A stretch of 11,865 nucleotides of DNA from Candidatus Methylomirabilales bacterium (GTDB lineage Bacteria > Methylomirabilota > Methylomirabilia > Methylomirabilales > CSP1-5), in assembly GCA_046758505.1 (NCBI GenBank), contig JBHIAH010000081.1:1-11865 (forward strand), read 5' to 3'. Shown here in pieces: positions 7,943 through 11,865 of this stretch. A program made the position numbers and the translations under genes. How positions within the stretch are numbered: position 1 is the first letter of the stretch; every line of letters starts with the position of its first letter. Under the pieces are notes generated by a model. It saw only the letters and a program-made list of their open reading frames with translations, did not search any database and had not been told where the DNA came from.

Positions 7943-9103
7943 ATGCCATCAGGACGCTATCTCTTTACATCCGAGTCGGTCACCGAGGGGCATCCCGATA
8001 AGATTGCCGATCAGATCTCCGATGCCATTCTTGATGCGATATTCCGTGAGGATCCATACGGCCGGGTTGCCTGCGAAGCCCTAGTCACGACCGGGCTCGC
8101 CTTCGTGGCTGGGGAGATTAGTACCAAATGTTACGTCGATATCCCGCGGGTCGTCCGCGAGACCATCCGCGAGGCTGGATATACCCGGGCCAAGTATGGC
8201 TTTGACTATGAGACCTGCTCGGTGATCACCGCCATCCAGGAGCAGTCGGGCGATATCGCGCTGGGGGTGGATATTCAGGGAGCCGGCGATCAGGGGTTGA
8301 TGTTCGGATATGCGACACGCGAGACCCCTGAGATGATGCCTATGCCCATCATGCTGGCCCATAAACTCTGCCGCAGACTGGCGGAGGTGCGCAAGCAAAG
8401 TATCTTGGAATACCTGCGCCCCGATGGAAAGTCCCAGGTGACGGTGGAGTATGTGGACGGAAAGCCGACTCGGGTTACCGCCGTCGTGATAGCTGCTCAG
8501 CACAGCCCCGATATCACGCTCCAACAATTGCGGGAGGACATCATCGAGCAAGTGATCCTTCCCGTTATTCCATCGAGACTTTTGGATCTGGAGCAGGTCG
8601 CATATCACATTAATCCCACGGGCCGGTTCGTGATCGGCGGGCCCAAAGGCGACACGGGGCTTACCGGGCGAAAGATCATTGTGGATACGTACGGGGGCGT
8701 GGGCAGTCATGGCGGCGGTTGCTATTCGGGGAAGGACCCCACCAAGGTCGACCGCTCTGCCTCCTATATGGCCCGCTATGTTGCCAAGAATATTATCGCG
8801 GCAGGGCTGGCGGATAAATGCGAAGTGCAACTGGCGTACGCCATTGGCGTCCCCGAGCCGGTCTCGGTCATGGTCGACACCAAAGAAACGGGGAAGGTCC
8901 CGGACGAGACCCTCTGTGTGTTGGTCCGTAAGCACTTTGAGCTGACGCCCGCAGAGATCTTGAAGGCGTTGGAGCTGCGCCGGCCTATTTACAAACAGAC
9001 CGCGGTGTACGGCCACTTTGGCCGGAGCGAGCCGGACTTTACGTGGGAGCGGACCGACCGTGCTGAGATCCTGGCGCGAGAAGCAGGCCGGTTCGGCGCC
9101 TAA
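7943..9103 (+). CDS. metK: S-adenosylmethionine synthetase
   Basis: [80 protein letters not shown] at 7929-7933. Confidence 0.98.
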   Translation: MPSGRYLFTSESVTEGHPDKIADQISDAILDAIFREDPYGRVACEALVTTGLAFVAGEISTKCYVDIPRVVRETIREAGYTRAKYGFDYETCSVITAIQEQSGDIALGVDIQGAGDQGLMFGYATRETPEMMPMPIMLAHKLCRRLAEVRKQSILEYLRPDGKSQVTVEYVDGKPTRVTAVVIAAQHSPDITLQQLREDIIEQVILPVIPSRLLDLEQVAYHINPTGRFVIGGPKGDTGLTGRKIIVDTYGGVGSHGGGCYSGKDPTKVDRSASYMARYVAKNIIAAGLADKCEVQLAYAIGVPEPVSVMVDTKETGKVPDETLCVLVRKHFELTPAEILKALELRRPIYKQTAVYGHFGRSEPDFTWERTDRAEILAREAGRFGA

Positions 9104-9106
9104 GAC

Positions 9107-10470
<1,364 letters not shown>

Positions 10471-10520
10471 GTCAGCAGCTGGCTGCTGGAACGCTAGAAA
10501 GCTGGGAGGCTGAACCCTCA

Positions 10521-10539
10521 CTTTGACAGCGTGTCAAAG
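10521..10539. other. Perfect 8-bp inverted repeat between convergent genes (hairpin or protein-binding palindrome)
   Basis: CTTTGACA-gcg-TGTCAAAG. The function is unknown. Confidence 0.55.
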
Positions 10540-10584
10540 CGTTAGTGCAATCACTTTTTAGCATTCACGCTTCCTGGCCTACGA

Positions 10585-10686
10585 GTGCCGTTCCAACTAT
10601 TTTCCCCAAACACCTGCCGCTCGCTGAACCGAGGAAACAGGCCGAACGGTGAGGCTTGGATTAGGCCAAACAAGTTGGAACGGCAC
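10585..10686. mobile_element. Putative MITE (non-autonomous miniature inverted-repeat element), 102 bp
   Basis: Perfect 14-bp TIRs GTGCCGTTCCAACT (10585-10598) and AGTTGGAACGGCAC (10673-10686), flanked by GA on both sides (10583-10584, 10687-10688). No internal gene. Confidence 0.65.
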
Positions 10687-10724
10687 GAGCCTTGTCGCCG
10701 CCGCTGCGGTCATCGATAGCGGGT

Positions 10725-11828
10725 CTAGATGCGGATCCGAGGCCGGAGCAGGCCGAGAAGGGCGACGCCCCCAAAGACCACATTCGGAAACCAGACAGTG
10801 AGCAAGGGCGGAAGAAGGTTGTTGCGGGCGATCGGGAGGGTCAGGGCGAAGAAGAGCCAATAGAGAAATGCCGTAGCAATGCACGTACCCACATGGATCA
10901 GTAGCCCTTTCCGGCCGACCCGAAAGGCAAAGACGATTCCCAAGAGCGCCATAATGAGATTGGCGGCGAGCCGGGCAGGCTTCGCCAGGAGATCTGCGAC
11001 GTAGCGCTGGGCATCTACGCCGCTCCGGGTCAGTCGCCGGATATACCGCTTGAGCTCCCGGTAGCTCATCTCTTCGACTTTCTTTTCGACGCGCGCCAGG
11101 TCTTCGGGAGTTGCCTTCACCTCGACGGGCATCTCCGGAACCTCTGTGACGGTCAGCTCACTCCCTCCTTTCGAGAAACGGTGGATCCGGGCCTCCGACA
11201 GGATCCATCGCCCCCCTTCCCAACGACCCCTGACTGCGTCAATGCGCTGGACCAGCACGAGTCCTGGGGAAAAGTGGAACAAGGAGACCTCCCGCATCTC
11301 GCCCTTTGTGCTCTCGAGGAAGCCAATGTGGAGCATGCGATCTGATCCGGCGAGATACCAGATGTCCTGCGTTTTGCTGCGGTGAATGGTTGAGCGGTAG
11401 CGTGGGAGCCTGCGGAGTTCCTGTGCCCGGATGCGGAGGGCTTCCTCATTGGTATCAGGAGCGATCTTCTCCTGAACGATATAGAGACCGAGCGTGATAC
11501 CGAAGGCAAGGAACATAATGGGGAGGACGGCACGGAGGGGGGGGACGCGAGCCATCTGTATGGCGACCAGTTCGTAATTCCGGCTCAACCTGCCGACGCT
11601 GAGGAACGCGGCGATCAAGAGGGCCACGGGGGCGACCCGGAGCGTCCACTTGGGGATAGTGTACATATAGTAAACAACGACGTCCGAGGCGAGCGAACCC
11701 CAAAGGACGAAACGATGGATGTTTTCAAAGACGTCTACAATAATCGAGATCGTGATGAGGATGGCGAGAGAGACACCGAAGAGTGTCAGAAATTGTCGCC
11801 CCACATAGCGATCCAGGATACGGGTCAT
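10725..11828 (-). CDS. lptG: LPS export ABC transporter permease, LptF/LptG family (LptG-like)
   Basis: N-terminal RILDRYV, three TM helices with the LSRNYELVA coupling-helix motif, a beta-rich periplasmic region, then three C-terminal TM helices ending WFPNVVFG. 367 aa. LptG rather than LptF is inferred from motif style and downstream position. Confidence 0.85.
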   Translation of the reverse strand: MTRILDRYVGRQFLTLFGVSLAILITISIIVDVFENIHRFVLWGSLASDVVVYYMYTIPKWTLRVAPVALLIAAFLSVGRLSRNYELVAIQMARVPPLRAVLPIMFLAFGITLGLYIVQEKIAPDTNEEALRIRAQELRRLPRYRSTIHRSKTQDIWYLAGSDRMLHIGFLESTKGEMREVSLFHFSPGLVLVQRIDAVRGRWEGGRWILSEARIHRFSKGGSELTVTEVPEMPVEVKATPEDLARVEKKVEEMSYRELKRYIRRLTRSGVDAQRYVADLLAKPARLAANLIMALLGIVFAFRVGRKGLLIHVGTCIATAFLYWLFFALTLPIARNNLLPPLLTVWFPNVVFGGVALLGLLRPRIRI

Positions 11829-11865
11829 GATGTCCTCGGAGTCTCGGGCATCGACCGCCCTCGTC
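11825..11865 (-). CDS. Possible 3' end of an upstream gene (lptF expected by synteny)
   Basis: A minus-strand frame (...RGRSMPETPRTS*) is open from the window edge and ends in a TGA overlapping the lptG ATG (ATGA). It is too short to identify. Confidence 0.25.
   Translation of the reverse strand, partial: RGRSMPETPRTS

Larger units (their letters stand above)
10485..10698. repeat. Inverted octamer tracts flanking a central palindrome
   Basis: Left 10485-10516: gctggaac gctagaaa gctgggag gctgaacc. Right 10555-10698: tttttagc attcacgc ttcctggc ctacga[insert]gc cttgtcgc. Confidence 0.6.

Noticed and set aside
10597..10904. Small ORFs 10597-10884 (-) and 10692-10904 (+)
   Set aside because: They overlap lptG and, for the minus-strand ORF, the MITE-like element. 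Neither has recognisable features.

Overview
This is a GC-rich diderm (LPS-producing) bacterial chromosomal region with ordinary protein content. The + strand carries a nucleotide-sugar/envelope run: a 5'-truncated mannose-1-phosphate guanylyltransferase, ugd, an NAD-dependent epimerase, a GmhA-like SIS isomerase, a DegT-family aminotransferase and a GT2 glycosyltransferase. A likely separate kdsD-kdsC-metK-ahcY unit follows, converging on an lptG-like LPS export permease on the - strand. I see no transposase, CRISPR array, RNA gene or riboswitch. The unusual signal is non-coding. Four of the five intergenic gaps over 100 bp hold degenerate 7- or 8-nt-period tandem tracts, each paired with a reverse-complement tract. 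One tract is interrupted by a 102-bp MITE-like element (14-bp perfect TIRs, 2-bp duplication) whose removal restores the 8-nt period. Another is interrupted by a 39-nt REP-like hairpin. I cannot support a new protein-coded system from this window. All calls come from reading motifs by eye, with no database searches.
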